A program made the position numbers and the translations under genes. From Rhizodiscina lignyota (taxonomy: Eukaryota): DNA of 64,000 nt. Every line of letters starts with the position of its first letter. The first letter of the stretch is position 1. The notes beneath the pieces were generated by a model that did no database searches, was not told the DNA's origin, and was given only the letters and a program-made list of their open reading frames with translations. Location of the stretch: the NCBI GenBank assembly GCA_010015805.1, contig ML978122.1, forward strand, positions 592,453-656,452. The letters are read 5' to 3'. This document shows positions 1 to 12,692 of the stretch, one piece after another.

Positions 1-3000
1 AGATATTGAACCATTTGCATCGAATCTATTCGCATCGAAGCTGACTGATCTTTTCAATGACGTTTAGATAATATCTAGATGCATCTAAACGCTTTATATA
101 TTCTTTTAATTTATTCGCCTAAGCTGTTCAGCTGAGATATAGCGTCGGAGATGCTGGAGCCGAACTAGAGGGGTGGGTCTGGTGAGTATTTGGGAGGGGG
201 TTTCAGGCCGGATTTACTTTATTCCGGGCGGACATCTCGTTCAGTACCCCAAAGGATCTCTCGTTTGTGGCAACCACCTTGCTCTTTACCTTATTATCTC
301 TTTATTTTCTTGCTAATCTATCATTCTTGCTTCTATTATTTCAATATGCCGCCGTTAATTGCTACCGCCAGCGAGCTTTCGAGCGCCCGAACTGATATAA
401 CTCCAGCGTCGAATCCTGACGCGAGTTATTCGAAGCAGCAACCTTCTAAGCGTCTAGCCAGCTTAGTAGATACTCGAACGACTATACTATTTTACGGCGT
501 GCGAATCAATAAGAAGATCCTTGACTATTTCATTCTTATTCCTCTAGCACCACTAGGAGCGAAAGGTGGCTAGCAGCGCTCGTGGATTTATAGCCACGGT
601 GTTGTTGGCAAAGAGCGTTAAGATCCTCCTCCGCCACTAGGTGAATCTTATGAGAGATTCTGGATATGCCCTCACTATTTCAATCACGATCCTGAGCGTA
701 AAATGCACGATATCATCAAATTCTCACTCCGAGGCACTACGAATTCAGCGTATCACCTAAGGAGTGTACACTAGATCGACGCTCTAATAAAGCAGGCGAC
801 TAATACAGCTTATCCTAAAGTCGATCGGCAGTAGTATATTATACACCACTACCGCTAGGTTGTTCTCTACTGCATCTCATTTCGAGCATCAGTACACTAG
901 TCATATCGTTTAATTCTAAATCTTGCGAATCCCAATGCCTTCTAGATCGCACTAAGTCACTACTATACTATCGCCAAGTGGCTTATCTTGCTGTTTACAG
1001 CATTATACGCCGGCCTTATTCGAACTGAGCTCTATAGTACTAAAGGACTCATCATACTAGCTTTTAATATATAGAGCTCCGGAAATCACCTCTCTCTATG
1101 TAGGATTGTTGCTTACTATGTGACTTCTTACTACGAACGGCGTAGCATCCTCATCGGCCTTCCTCACGTTCCTAGCCGGCATTCAGGCGAGAATATCGCT
1201 GAGTATGTTGACCAAACCGTAAAGCGCTACGGAATCTCTAGTATGCTTAGCTACTATATGCTCGATAACGCCGGCAACAACGATACAGCTGTAGAAGAGC
1301 TTCACGAGCGCTACGAAGGCCTAGGGGATTGTATAATAAAGAGACTGCGTTGTTTAGGCCACATTATCAATCTAGCGGTTAAGGCCGGCTTGTTTGTGAA
1401 TTACAAGAAGGAAGATCAAGAAGAGATTAATAATAATAACCTAGAAGAGCTGGCAGAACAGGCGTAGCGAAATGCACTCTCTAATAAGCCGAAACACCTC
1501 GTAGCTAGGCGTAAACTCTATACGATTAGGAAGGTAGCGAATATCTTCACTCACATCACAGCCTCTAGTCAACACGTCGAATCCTTCCTCTAGCTAGAGA
1601 AAGAAGCAGAGCTAGATAAGACTCTAATAGTCGTGAAAGAGGTTGCCACGCGCTAGAACAGTACGTATTCAATGCTTAAAAGAGGTCAGTTATACTCTAT
1701 AATTCGCTCTTATTACTGCTTTACAAGTTGCTATATGTTTCAGGTTTATATTGCTATAATATTACTGCGAAACAAGCCTGATCTGGCTACAATTCATCAC
1801 CTCCGATCACTCTTATTAATATAGTACTACAATAACGATAGGAAGCCTTTATATTCAATTTACAGTAAGCCTAAGATGTATCTCCTAGGCCACTAGTATA
1901 TAATTAATATAATACTACCTGTAGTAGTTGATATTAATGCCGCCGTCAGTCGTGACGACCCCTTTTTTTCAATTAGTTTTTATCTTTATCGCTCCGAAGT
2001 CCCTCTAAGGAACTAGCTCTAATATTTCACTATATGAATTCATATAGTAAAATGTCAGAGCTGGTTCTTCGTATGGAAAGCCTTTTTTGACTATTTGCTA
2101 ATTTTGGATAGCCCTTAAACTTCGCGATGCGATCGATATTTACTGCTAGCGCGCTCTTCGAGATAAGTCTAAGAAGCGAGATAAGCATAATCTCGCTCTT
2201 GATATACTCTCGCAAGATGAGTAGCACGACCTCGCCGTTATTAAAACCCTCTTAGAACCCTTCGCCTTCGCTACCGAATATACTAAAGGAAATCATACCA
2301 ATGCAAGCCTAGCGGCGTGGCTACCGACTATAGAGTATATGCTTAAGAGACTAGAGAAGAAGAAAGAGCAGATACAGCGCGATGAGGGCTCTAGGTTCGC
2401 TATAAAAGTGGTAGAGGCGATATAGAAGAAACTCGATAAGTACTACGCTCTCTCCGATCGAATACTAGCATACCGCCTTACTACCTTCCTAGACCCTCGC
2501 TTCGGCATATAGTGGTTTGAACAGCACTAGAAGGAGAAGAGTATCTAGATAACTACTGTTAGAAGCCTTATTGATAAGGAGTACGCGAAGTACTATGCAG
2601 TATTCGGGCTAGAGTCTCAAGTATCTAACGATGCTAATAACTCGCAACTTCCTCTAGTACTAGCTAGTGCAGGTACATAGTAGCGCGAGAGTTACTACTT
2701 CACGAAATATGCTGAGCTGGAGCACGATAATCTCGATATACTCACGCCCGATCAACCTACCGTTTGTAGCGAGCTAGAACGCTATGAACAACGCCTTATT
2801 CCTGTAAAGAATATCGATATTCTCAAGTAGTAGCTATCTAACAAGGACGAATACCCGATCCTATGCAAAATAGCCGTTGACTACCTCGGAATCCTAGTAT
2901 AGTCATTAGATGTTGAGCGTCATTTCAGTGCAGCCGGTAGAATAGTAACTAAGGCGAGATCTAAGCTTAAACAATATATAGTTGAGGCGATCGAATGCCT

Positions 3001-3409
3001 TCGAAGTTGGGAGTAAGCTGGCCTTAAACCTTTCGAGAACTAGCATCCGAAGGAAGAAGAATTAGAGAGTGCTGAAGGCGAAGGCGAAGATGACGGCGAT
3101 GACCTGGATTGATATACTAATCAGTGCAAATTCGTACTATCTAATTGCTATAGATAATATCTAATTTATAATGTTTAAACTTAACTGTTCGCTTTTAGAT
3201 TTATAGTGAATTTACAGCAATTTCGTCGAATTTCGCTCGCTGGCGCGCTCAAAGCGCGCTCAACACCATATGAATCTATTATCAGTGGCAAATCTATTCA
3301 ATATATATTAATCTCGATGCAATTCGATGATTTATAAGCCGACGCTATTTAGATGCGACCCCCGCCGACGCGGTTTAGATGCGTTTGGATGCGTCGAAGC
3401 GCCACGCTG
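1..3409 (+). mobile_element. hAT-superfamily DNA transposon, RIP-degenerate; left end lies outside the window
   Basis: Transposase motifs HSGENIA, LDNAGNN, RCLGHIINLAVK, TR*NSTYSMLKR and C-terminal dimerisation-domain pattern ERHFSAAGRIVTKARSKL...IECLRSW. Right end ...GAAGCGCCACGCTG (reverse complement starts CAG, typical of hAT TIRs). Subterminal TTTAGATGC/GTTTGGATGC repeats at ~3348-3392 mirror GCATCTAAAC/GCATCGAA at 17-90. Confidence 0.9.
346..3016 (+). pseudogene. hAT transposase pseudogene with many nonsense codons; probable intron 1685-2111
   Basis: Conserved Trp codons appear as TAG (TRW to TR*, KWW to K**). GTCAGT donor at 1685 and GCTAA...TAG acceptor at 2111 rejoin MLKR|ALKLRDAID. 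Start codon is approximate. Confidence 0.85.
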
Positions 3410-3824
3410 GGAGAACGTTATCCACGAACTGTTGCCATTCAGGATTTTCGAACTTGAACTGCTCATTGTTAAGCTCCCAGGTGTGGCAGACTGGACGGCC
3501 CACTGCAGTCTCGTTCACAGGCAACGGAACTGGACTCCCAGCTCTTGCGATGACTTTGGCATCTCGAGCAGTTAGTGGTAGAGGTATTAATCCGTAGCCT
3601 TTGACGTGAAGGCAAGGATTCGGTGAACTGGAATGGCGTTCGTAGAATGAGAACGAACTCTTCTCTTCGATTTCGTCGAGGTCGTTGAGAAGCTCAGTTT
3701 TGAGGCAGATCTCGGCAGCGGACACTTTGCGTGTTTCCTCTGCGGAAGAACCACCAGAGATAGACCCTTCGTCAGACACAGATTCTTCGTCAGCCCTCTC
3801 GGACGCGTCAGATTCGGAGCTCAT
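3410..3824 (-). pseudogene. 5' part of a 2OG-Fe(II) oxygenase-family gene, cut by the hAT insertion
   Basis: LKTELLNDLDEI...PNPCLHVKGYGLIPLPLTARDAKVI...TWELNNEQFKFENPEWQQFVDNVL matches the N-terminus of the neighbouring paralogue (NPGLDVNGLGLIPLPLVPRDAEAI). The frame runs into the transposon end and stops at 3375. Confidence 0.8.
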
Positions 3825-4371
3825 AGCGCACGCGCAAGTGCCTGAAGAAATTAATTTCAACAACTACCGTGAAGTCCTAAAAAAGATGATGCATAAGTAT
3901 CGAAATCTCTTCATATAGAGGATATTCCTTTAGGAGTGATGGAGGGCGGGAAGGCATGAGACGAAGAGATCCTTGAACCTCTATCGTACGGAGTAGGTAG
4001 GATAGCGCGATTGAGAACGCCACAGTAAACGCGAAAATGACACGAAGCGGATGATCCTCGGAGAGCTCATCTCAGTCGGATTTGGAGCGTTCAGATTAGG
4101 ATATCATTGATGCCATCCGTTTTTACGATTTAAACAGCGATTCTTCTGCTTATTGTGGCCATTGACATTCGAGAGGTAGATGTTCAACGACAGCGAGCCC
4201 ACAAAGGTAGCAATGATACTGCAGTGACCCTTTTGACAACGAATTAAAAATTCAACTATCGATCTGAAAAAATAATTCCATAGGAATATAAAGCAAATTA
4301 TTTAACCGCTTTTTGCAAAGCTTTTAATACATGTTCTTGAATAGGTATCCCAGTGATTGTCTAAATCGACT

Positions 4372-7305
4372 TCAAACCGCCTTCAGAAATACCTCCCCAC
4401 TAAGAACGTTTTCTACAGCATGCTTTGCAACTTCGAAGTTCATGTCGTCCGAGTCACTGCCCAGATCAATAATATCTGGTTCGGCTTTCCTCTTTGCGCC
4501 TGCAACAGCAGGGACCGTGCGTCTGTTCCCATCCTGCGATGTGACTGTCGAAAGTACAGCAGGCTCCGCATTTGTTATACTTGACGTTGATTGCGGGCTC
4601 CATTGATCCAAGTGCTTCAGAAGGACGAGACTCTCGTACTTCTCTCTGAGCAAGTCCTTCATAAAGCCGCCTTCTAATCGCTTGAGTGAAGCCTTCAGAC
4701 CCTTCAGGTCTCGTTCCCACCGTAGCAAGTCCTCGCGATACTCATTGTCCGTCTTGGTAACCACCAACGTGTGCGGCCATCTCGAGCGTTCTATGTCTAT
4801 CTTATAGTGTTTTTGATCCAGTGCGCTAGATAATTGTTTCCGCTTGGCCTCTGACATTTGAAACCGCCCGACCTCGAGGGATGAGTTGCGCAAAAAGGCA
4901 TTTAAGCGGTTACAGTTTACACAGCATTTCATTCGCTCTGTAGGACTTCTTGCCCAGGCTGTCGGAACTAACGGTCGATGCTTCATGAAATCGGCGAGTA
5001 GAATCTCAAGTAACCGAACTGTTAGGCTTTTGACTGAATTGGTGAGTGCATCGGGGACTTTAGTCTTCGACTTTTGCAATATTTCTTTCAGAAAGTCAAC
5101 AAATTCAGGCACCTCCTGCCAGTCAACTCTGTAGTTTGTTGAAGTAGGGGAAATATCTCGTGGTGTCGAGTCGAGTATGTGGCAAATCTCAGTTGTAAGA
5201 CCCAGTTGGAGACCCTTATTGACAATCGTTTTGAATCGGCTCCGGATGTTGTCGAGACCATTGTGTTCTGCCTGACGCAACCGAACAGTCGGGGCCAATC
5301 GCTCTAGCGTCTGTTTGGATCTGAATGTTTCGAGCTGAAGTGCAACGGAGGAGGATCTGCACCGCAAGATACGTTGGAAGGCAGATAGATATAGTTGCTC
5401 TTGAGCTGCGCCGCGGACGTATTGATATTCCAATTTCCATAGGAAAGAAAACAGGTTATCTTGATCCAATTTTTGCATAATTACGGGCAGAAGCCTGATG
5501 TGGAAGTATCAGCTAAGGAGCTCATGGCAAACGACGTACTTCGTAGACGTACCGATCTCTGACCCATTCGAATGAACGAGACCCCGCAATGGAAACCAGC
5601 ATAGCAATGTCATCCGTACCAAAGGCATCTTGCGATGCCAAACGATCGAGCAGCTTGTCACCCGCCCATTTGTCGAACGAGACTTTCTGCTCCTCGCTTC
5701 GCAACCTTGGCCTGAAGGACTCGAACGACTTATGCAAACTAGCAATGCTTGTGGATCTGGTTATGATTGAATGAAGCCTGCTTCATAGGTTAGCTTCTGT
5801 TCATCCTCGATTGATTACCTGTGTCATTTCCTCTTGGGGAACAATACTTACCAAAAATCCCAATCACACCCAGAGCTGTTTCAGAAAAATCATCATCGAC
5901 AAAGCCGACAATGGTATCAAGAATTTCAGGACTAATTTCTCCAAGGCTCAATGTAGCGTCCATTATCGAAATAAAAAATTCATCGTCTCCGAGAGCAAGG
6001 CTCCATTTGATGATCTTTACTTGTATACGTTGATCTCCTAAGTAAGAATATCTCTTCTCCGAGTCCTTGCTCATGTCGGTTATTTGTTTTAACATGCTCA
6101 AAGCATAGTGGCGCAATTGCTCGTCGTCTGGGTGTTCTTGGGCATCTTGACAGAATAAGTCTATCAAATTTGCCGATGAAAGAGCATTCAAGTGACGGAA
6201 GAACACATGCAGTACCATGTATTTGGGAATTAGAACTACTACCTGCCCAATGTTAGTGGAGAGGCTCATGGCTCATAACCGTGAGTGCAAACCGTGTCAT
6301 GATGTCGAGACTCTACAGGCATGCTTTCATCTTCAGTGTCCTCGCACTCGTCTTCGCTATCGGGACCGCGATCGTCGAAAGGGGATTGTTGCAGAATCTG
6401 GTCCTCATCGAGAGGCACTGCGGTTGCAACTATTCTTCCGGCCGGTGTCACAACTTTCGCCAGGAATAAGTCGATCTCGGGATCACCGTAGTAGGAATTC
6501 TTGAACTCAGACGAATGCCGCTCCATACTCACCAAGAAGAAGTAAAATTCATTTGAGGGGCAAATATCCTGAAGGTACTGACATACAGCTCGGTCATGAC
6601 CCTTCAAGTTCCGCATGGAGAGGCTGACATTCGTATACGTGTTGCCTAAGATATAGACAAGCAGTGGCTCGTTGTCGTCGTCTTGCCATTGCTCGAAAGC
6701 CCTTTGGATCTCAGTGTTGCGTTTGTGTATGGTTTTTGCTGAAGGTCTCTCACCACTGCCAGCGGCTCTTGCAAGGTTGTACGTTAGGGCTAGCCGATAG
6801 CCTGTGAGCACTGGCTTGATTTCATGCTTGACATCGGAGTACCAAGCGATCGCAGATAGGTCGAAATCAGAGCTAAGTGCCGTTTCAAGAGAAATGAGCT
6901 GACCGTGATGGGAGAGTATCATCTCACCGCCAGTATGTCTTGAAGGAAGGCAAACTACTAGAGTGCCGAACATCCCAGGGACTTCTTCCTTTTCCAAATG
7001 GTTATGGCTTGCATATCTCTGCGATAGCTTCTGCATCTCGGGGTACAAGGGGCAGAGGGATCAGCCCCAATCCATTGACGTCAAGCCCTGGATTTACAAA
7101 CGTTGTCTCCTGCATGAAAGCCGAGATAGAGCGGGCACCATGGAGTTCGGCAGAATCAAGAAGATTGAGCAGTGTCTCCCTCAAATCAAGCTCTTTCTTG
7201 CTCTCAACTGATTCCAATTCCGATTCCGATTCTGACGGGCCTTTTTCTGATGCTGGTCTCGCGTCGGGGATTGCTGACTTCAGTAGGACCCGAAGTCGAT
7301 GTCAT
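4372..7305 (-). pseudogene. Multi-exon 2OG-Fe(II) oxygenase-family gene (prolyl-hydroxylase-like domain plus long C-terminus), disrupted
   Basis: PGMFGTLVVCLPSRHTGG, WYSDVKHEIKPVLTGYRLALTYNL and C-terminal CCVNCNRLNAFL...PHTLVVTKT. In-frame TAA at 7002-7004, then a frame change directly after PFGKG with the intervening segment missing. 5' end uncertain. Confidence 0.75.
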
Positions 7306-8729
7306 CTGGCGAAACAGTGGCCTGTTGGAATTTGACGGATTCTCGAGTAAACTGTGCGAATATTGACAGGCTCAATTGACAAAAGTTGATGATGGGATAA
7401 ACAATTGATAGGAGCAGCATGACGTGAAGAAAGGTATTTGAGGCTGACGCGCACGCTAAGTAGAGTAGCGTGAGTACGGAGTAGAAACCTGCAAACGCGA
7501 AAGTTACGCGAAGCGGGCTGACCGGACTTTCGTGTACGAGGAACAGTCTTTTGCGATAGACATAGGATACGAGACACAAGTGCAACACGCAAGCTCTCTG
7601 CCGGCGACATGGGTACGCAATCTTGAATTTATCGGGGTGAGGGCGGCTCCGATCCAGTCTGATGGATGCCTTCGTATGGCATGGATTCCTTCCGGTACGA
7701 AGATTAAGACAAAATATACCACCGATCGACACCGCAGAATTGATGGCACTGAAGTCCCTTGCTATAAAAGACCACTTCGACAGTGAACACTATGATGCCC
7801 TCGGTGCTGTCTCGGTGCTGTAGCAGACGAATCAACTGCGCTTCTATCTTCCTCAAGTCTGTGCTTCGCCCACAGTCATGACGGTCCGGCGTGACCTGTT
7901 CACCCTCTACCGCGCACGTAGTTCCGACAGTAATGAGCAAAGTACAGCACTTTCGCGTTACACTTGAGGCCATATGAAAGGGATGCTGATAAAGACGCAA
8001 GGCCGTGTATAGACATCGGCATTTTTCTAGGTTAGCGAGCGTCGAGGAGGCCCCCGTTGGTGGTGAACGCAACACTCGACGTGGGAATACATACACTTCT
8101 ACAGCCAAACAACTTCATCTCCAAGGTTAAAGATATTTAATCCGCTCGGTTGTAGAGTAATCGCTATTAATGAATACGAATGCTTGGACAACTGCAGCTG
8201 TGTTGTTTTCGTAAATATGGCCTCCTGATAGATTCGATATTCCGAGACATTCATGTGAGACATTGGAAGACTGCAAAACTCATCTTCGGGTAAGGATGAT
8301 ATGAAAGTTAAAGATTGAGACTGCATAGTGATTTTCAAGTATGGCACGAGAACGAAAAGAAAAAGAAAAGACAAGAAGATATTCGAGGCTAGTTTGGAGC
8401 GCTCGGCTTCCGAGTAGAAGATGGTTTTCGGATCTCCATCGCACCCCAATCTTATTATTTCATACCAGCTCCGGAGCGAGCAGGCACTGCCCAAGGCAAA
8501 AGGTTTCACTGAATACCGTTAAAGCAAACTTGACACTCATTAAGGAGTGAATCAAGAAGAAAATGGAGGATTCAAGTTCTTGGCTGCATGAGTTCGTCAG
8601 CTGTCGTGTGCTCCACCGCGGCACCGCCACTGGACGGGAACTGAAACTGGCCAAGCTATTGACGTAGCGCCCACACCAACCTCGAACCAAGCTCCTGAGA
8701 AGCTCCAAATCGCCATTGGCGCTTTGTAA

Positions 8730-11700
8730 ATGTCTGGAAACCCGCAGGACGATCCCTTGGCTTACGGCGACTACCACGGGCAGGGCGAAGAAGCTGAAGG
8801 CGAGAGGGGTTTCATTGGAGACGTCTACCACCGTATTCGAGGGAGAAAGGATCAATCTGGAGCCTCAGTAAGTATCGTAGCGTGTCTTCTGGCTCTATCC
8901 CAACTTCTTTCAGTCGAACTCCTTCAGATTCGATCAATCGTACACTGACATCTCTTAAATAGAACTTTGCGGAGACTTACAGCGAACCTGCCTACCAGTA
9001 CCACCAATCTTCCTCACAAACTTCCGGCGGCGGAATGTCTTTCGTATTCGACAAGCTCCAGCAGGCGGTGCATGGCATTGGAAGTGAGATAAAGAGCAAG
9101 ATAGCTGGCGAAGAAGAGGTCCATGGGCATACTCATGGATCAGGGCAATGTTCAGATGGTGCACATGGGAATACCCAGCATCGATTCCTCAGCTTTGCTC
9201 CTCAGCGAGACGGCAACGATGTTAAGTGGTATGTTGATGGCTGTGGTTACATGTGGGCAGTGTCCAGAGCTCTTGAACAGGCGAGAGAGTCAATCTGGAT
9301 CCTAGACTGTAAGCGCAGGACGCCGAACGCAGTCGAGGAGTACAGGCAGAACTGACAAAATAGGGTGGCTGTCACCCGAGCTCTACCTACGCCGACCGCC
9401 AGCAAAGAATGAGCAATATCGGGTGGATCACATGCTCCAAGCCGCAGCCCAGCGAGGTGTGAACGTTAACATTATCGTATACAAAGAGGTAGGTGACATC
9501 TGCCCATTATGATATTCTCATATCAGCTAATACGGTTCAAGGTTACCCAAGCATTGACTCGTAAGTACCTGAATCCCACGCTTCCAGACTATCTACATTC
9601 GCTTCTGCCTCGTTCGACCGATGGCATAACTCATGCCCTGACCCGGCTGGGCCTGGATTTGACATTTAAATCTCTGGAGCATATTGAAGCAACGGACCCG
9701 CTGATCGCACCTCCAATACCAGTTTCCTCGGCTCACACGAAACATGTATTGGAAGAGTTACATCCGAACATCGCGGTTTTCAGGCACCCAGACCATCTGC
9801 CAGACCAAGCTGTGGTGGCATCCGATATATGGAACTCGATCAAGAATATCCGACTGACAGCGGCAAATGCCTCCAAGATGCCACAAGATGCGTTGAACGC
9901 TTTATATGGTTACAGCGACGAGACAGTACTCTATTGGGCACATCACGAGAAATTGCTCCTGGTCGATGGTCATACAGCGTTCATGGGAGGATTGGATCTT
10001 TGCTACGGGCGTTGGGATACCAACCAGCACGCTATTTCAGACGTTCATCCTGGTGATATCAATGCTATAGTCTTCCCAGGTCAAGACTACAACAATGCTC
10101 GGTAAATCTACCTTATATTGTCCTGGACCACGGAGCTAATCACCTTATAGTATTATGGATTTCCAAGACGTTACTCACTGGCAGAACAACAAACTTGATC
10201 GCACGAAAAATTCACGTATGGGATGGTCTGATATCTCCATATGCCTGACCGGTCCAGTAGTGGAGGACTTGAAAGCACATTTCTCTCAGAGGTGGAATTT
10301 CATATTCCAAGAGAAGTATCGCGCCAAAGATGAGAGCGGGCGTTACAAGCCCATTAGCTATACACCCACCTCTGCCGGTATCATTCACGAGGGCCAAGGC
10401 CATATACCAACGCAAACTCCACCGATTGCTGTCATGCAAGGCCGAGGACTGTACTCCCCGCAGTATGAACAGCAGCAGCACGGCGACGTAGAGGGCTCCG
10501 AAAGAGGCTTTGAAGAAGAAGGTGAACGTGGATTTGGCGGCCGTGGCAAACATGAAGGCTTCGGCGAGCGTATCCGCGAACGGATGGAAAGCGAAATTGA
10601 GAGTCGTGTAGCACCACACTTGGGACATCACGGAGGACACCATGCAGAAAGCGCTACCGGACCACTGGGAGGTGCTACTTGCCAAATTACTCGGAGCTGC
10701 GCCAAATGGAGTGCTGGTTTTCCGTTAGAGGTACGTGAAGGGTTGTAAACATGTTGATAAGCGCTGACGAGAATATAGCACTCAATCGCAAACGCCTACA
10801 TCCAGGTCATCAAAAATAGCGAGCATTTCGTATACATCGAGAATCAATTCTTCATCACAGCATCGAGCGACAAGCAGAAGCCTATCAGGAACATGATTGG
10901 TGCAGCCATTGTCGAGCGTGTTGTCCGTGCAGCCAGGGCAGGCCAAAAGTACAAGATCTTCGTCCTAATTCCATCTGTTCCGGCATTTGCTGGTGATCTG
11001 AGGAGCGACGATGCCCTCTCAACGCGCGCAATTATGGAATTCCAGTACGACTCCATCAATCGTGGTGGAAATTCCATCATGGAGCAGATCGCTCGTGCAG
11101 GATTCGACCCAACTCAGTACATCCGTTTCTACAATCTCCGAAACTATGACCGCATCAACGCCAGCGGCGCTATGGCTCAAGCAGAACAGCAAAGCGGGGT
11201 CGCGTACGAAGATGCCAGGAAGCAATTCGATGACAAGTACGGTGGCGGATATGGAGGCTCGCAACAACCCGGAGAAGCACAACAGCAATATCAAGCATAC
11301 AATCCAAACCAGGGTTATGGTGATCAACCACAGTTTCAAGGCACAGACCCACTACAACAGTACCAGCAGGGTGCTCAACAGATCGGAAATCTTCAGGGCC
11401 TTGGAAGCGGGAGGTGGGATTCAGTGAGCGAATGCTACATGTTGGGAGGCGAGGATATCCGCAATGTACCCTGGGAGGGAGGCGGCATGGACGAGATCGA
11501 TGCATTCGTCTCTGAGGAGCTTTATATCCACTCGAAGGTCTGGTTCTATCTCCTTTGCCCTGTAATGTCAATACTGACGTATCCGCACAGCTCCTCATTG
11601 CCGATGACCGCGTCGTGATCTGCGGGTCCGCTAACTTGAATGATCGTTCTCAACTGGGTGATCACGATTCTGAAATTGCCTGCATTATCCAAGATCCCAC

Positions 11701-12265
11701 ACCAATCGACTCCCGCATGAATGGCCAACCCCATCGTGCTTCCAAGTTTGCCACTTCCCTCCGACGGCAGCTCTTCCGCAAACACCTCGGTTTGCTCAGG
11801 CCTCAAAACATGGAGCGCCCTGACGCAAACTTCGAACCCCTTGGCCAGATGGGTGCGCCTAATGAATACGACTGGGGCAGTCCCGAGGACCAACAGGTCG
11901 TTGACCCACTCGACGACGAATTCCTTGGCTTTTGGAACTGGAGAGCGAAGACAAATACCGATGCTTTCGCGAGGGTATTCCATCCAGTTCCCTTCGACGG
12001 CGTGCGTACGTGGAAACAATATGACGACTACTACGAGCACTTCTTCAAGCAGCCAGAAAAAGAAGAAGAGAAGAACAAGCCAAGCACGTATAAGTGGGGT
12101 CATGTTGTTGCGGAAGAGTTCCCAGGTGGCGTGCAGGAGGTGAAGGAGGTGTTGAGCCAGATCAAAGGAACGTTGGTGGAGATGCCACTGCTGTTTTTGA
12201 AAGATGAAGATATTGCCAAGGAGGGCTTGGGGCTCAATAGCTTTACTGAAGAGGTTTATACTTAG
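8730..12265 (+). CDS. Phospholipase D (two HKD motifs, no PX/PH domain visible), multi-exon
   Basis: WAHHEKLLLVDGHTAFMGGLDLCYGRWD (HKD1), YIHSK|LLIADDRVVICGSANLNDRSQLGDHDSE (HKD2), VKWYVDG, WILD|WWLSPELYLRRPP, YIENQFF; GT-AG introns restore the frame. Confidence 0.95.
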
Positions 12266-12692
12266 TGGTTTGCATGGTAGGCGTTGTGAGGGAGCTGAGG
12301 CGATGATTTCCTTGCCCAAGTGAAAAAGGTTATGACGATCATGATGGGTGAACGGAGCTCAAAAAGTTATAGATGACGAAACGGCCGATAGCGGTAAATA
12401 GACCCAGCTATATCAGTACAAGCTGAGATGAAATTATGAACATCAGTCTTCTGAAGAGGAAGCCAGCTACCTACACTTGGCTATTAACGCCAGTCAAGGT
12501 TACGCGGGCGTAGTAGCTGTATTGCTGTGTATCTGAGTGCAATTGAATGCATCGCTACGGAACAGTTGAAGTACGGGATAAGCCTCTTCAAACTTAGCGA
12601 GACTGCTAACAAATTTCACAAACACGTTTTTGGGAGGCTTCACTTCGGACGTTTGGATGAGCTAATCATTGAACATCGCCATTTTTACTAGA

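Noticed and set aside
7280..8600. Several 70-150 aa ORFs between the oxygenase and PLD
   Set aside because: Overlapping on both strands, mostly non-ATG starts, no motifs; treated as intergenic noise.
11546..12319. 257-aa antisense ORF over the PLD last exon, and similar shadow ORFs over T7H, mtIF3 and the Ser/Thr-rich genes
   Set aside because: Explained by codon bias of the sense gene; no independent motifs.
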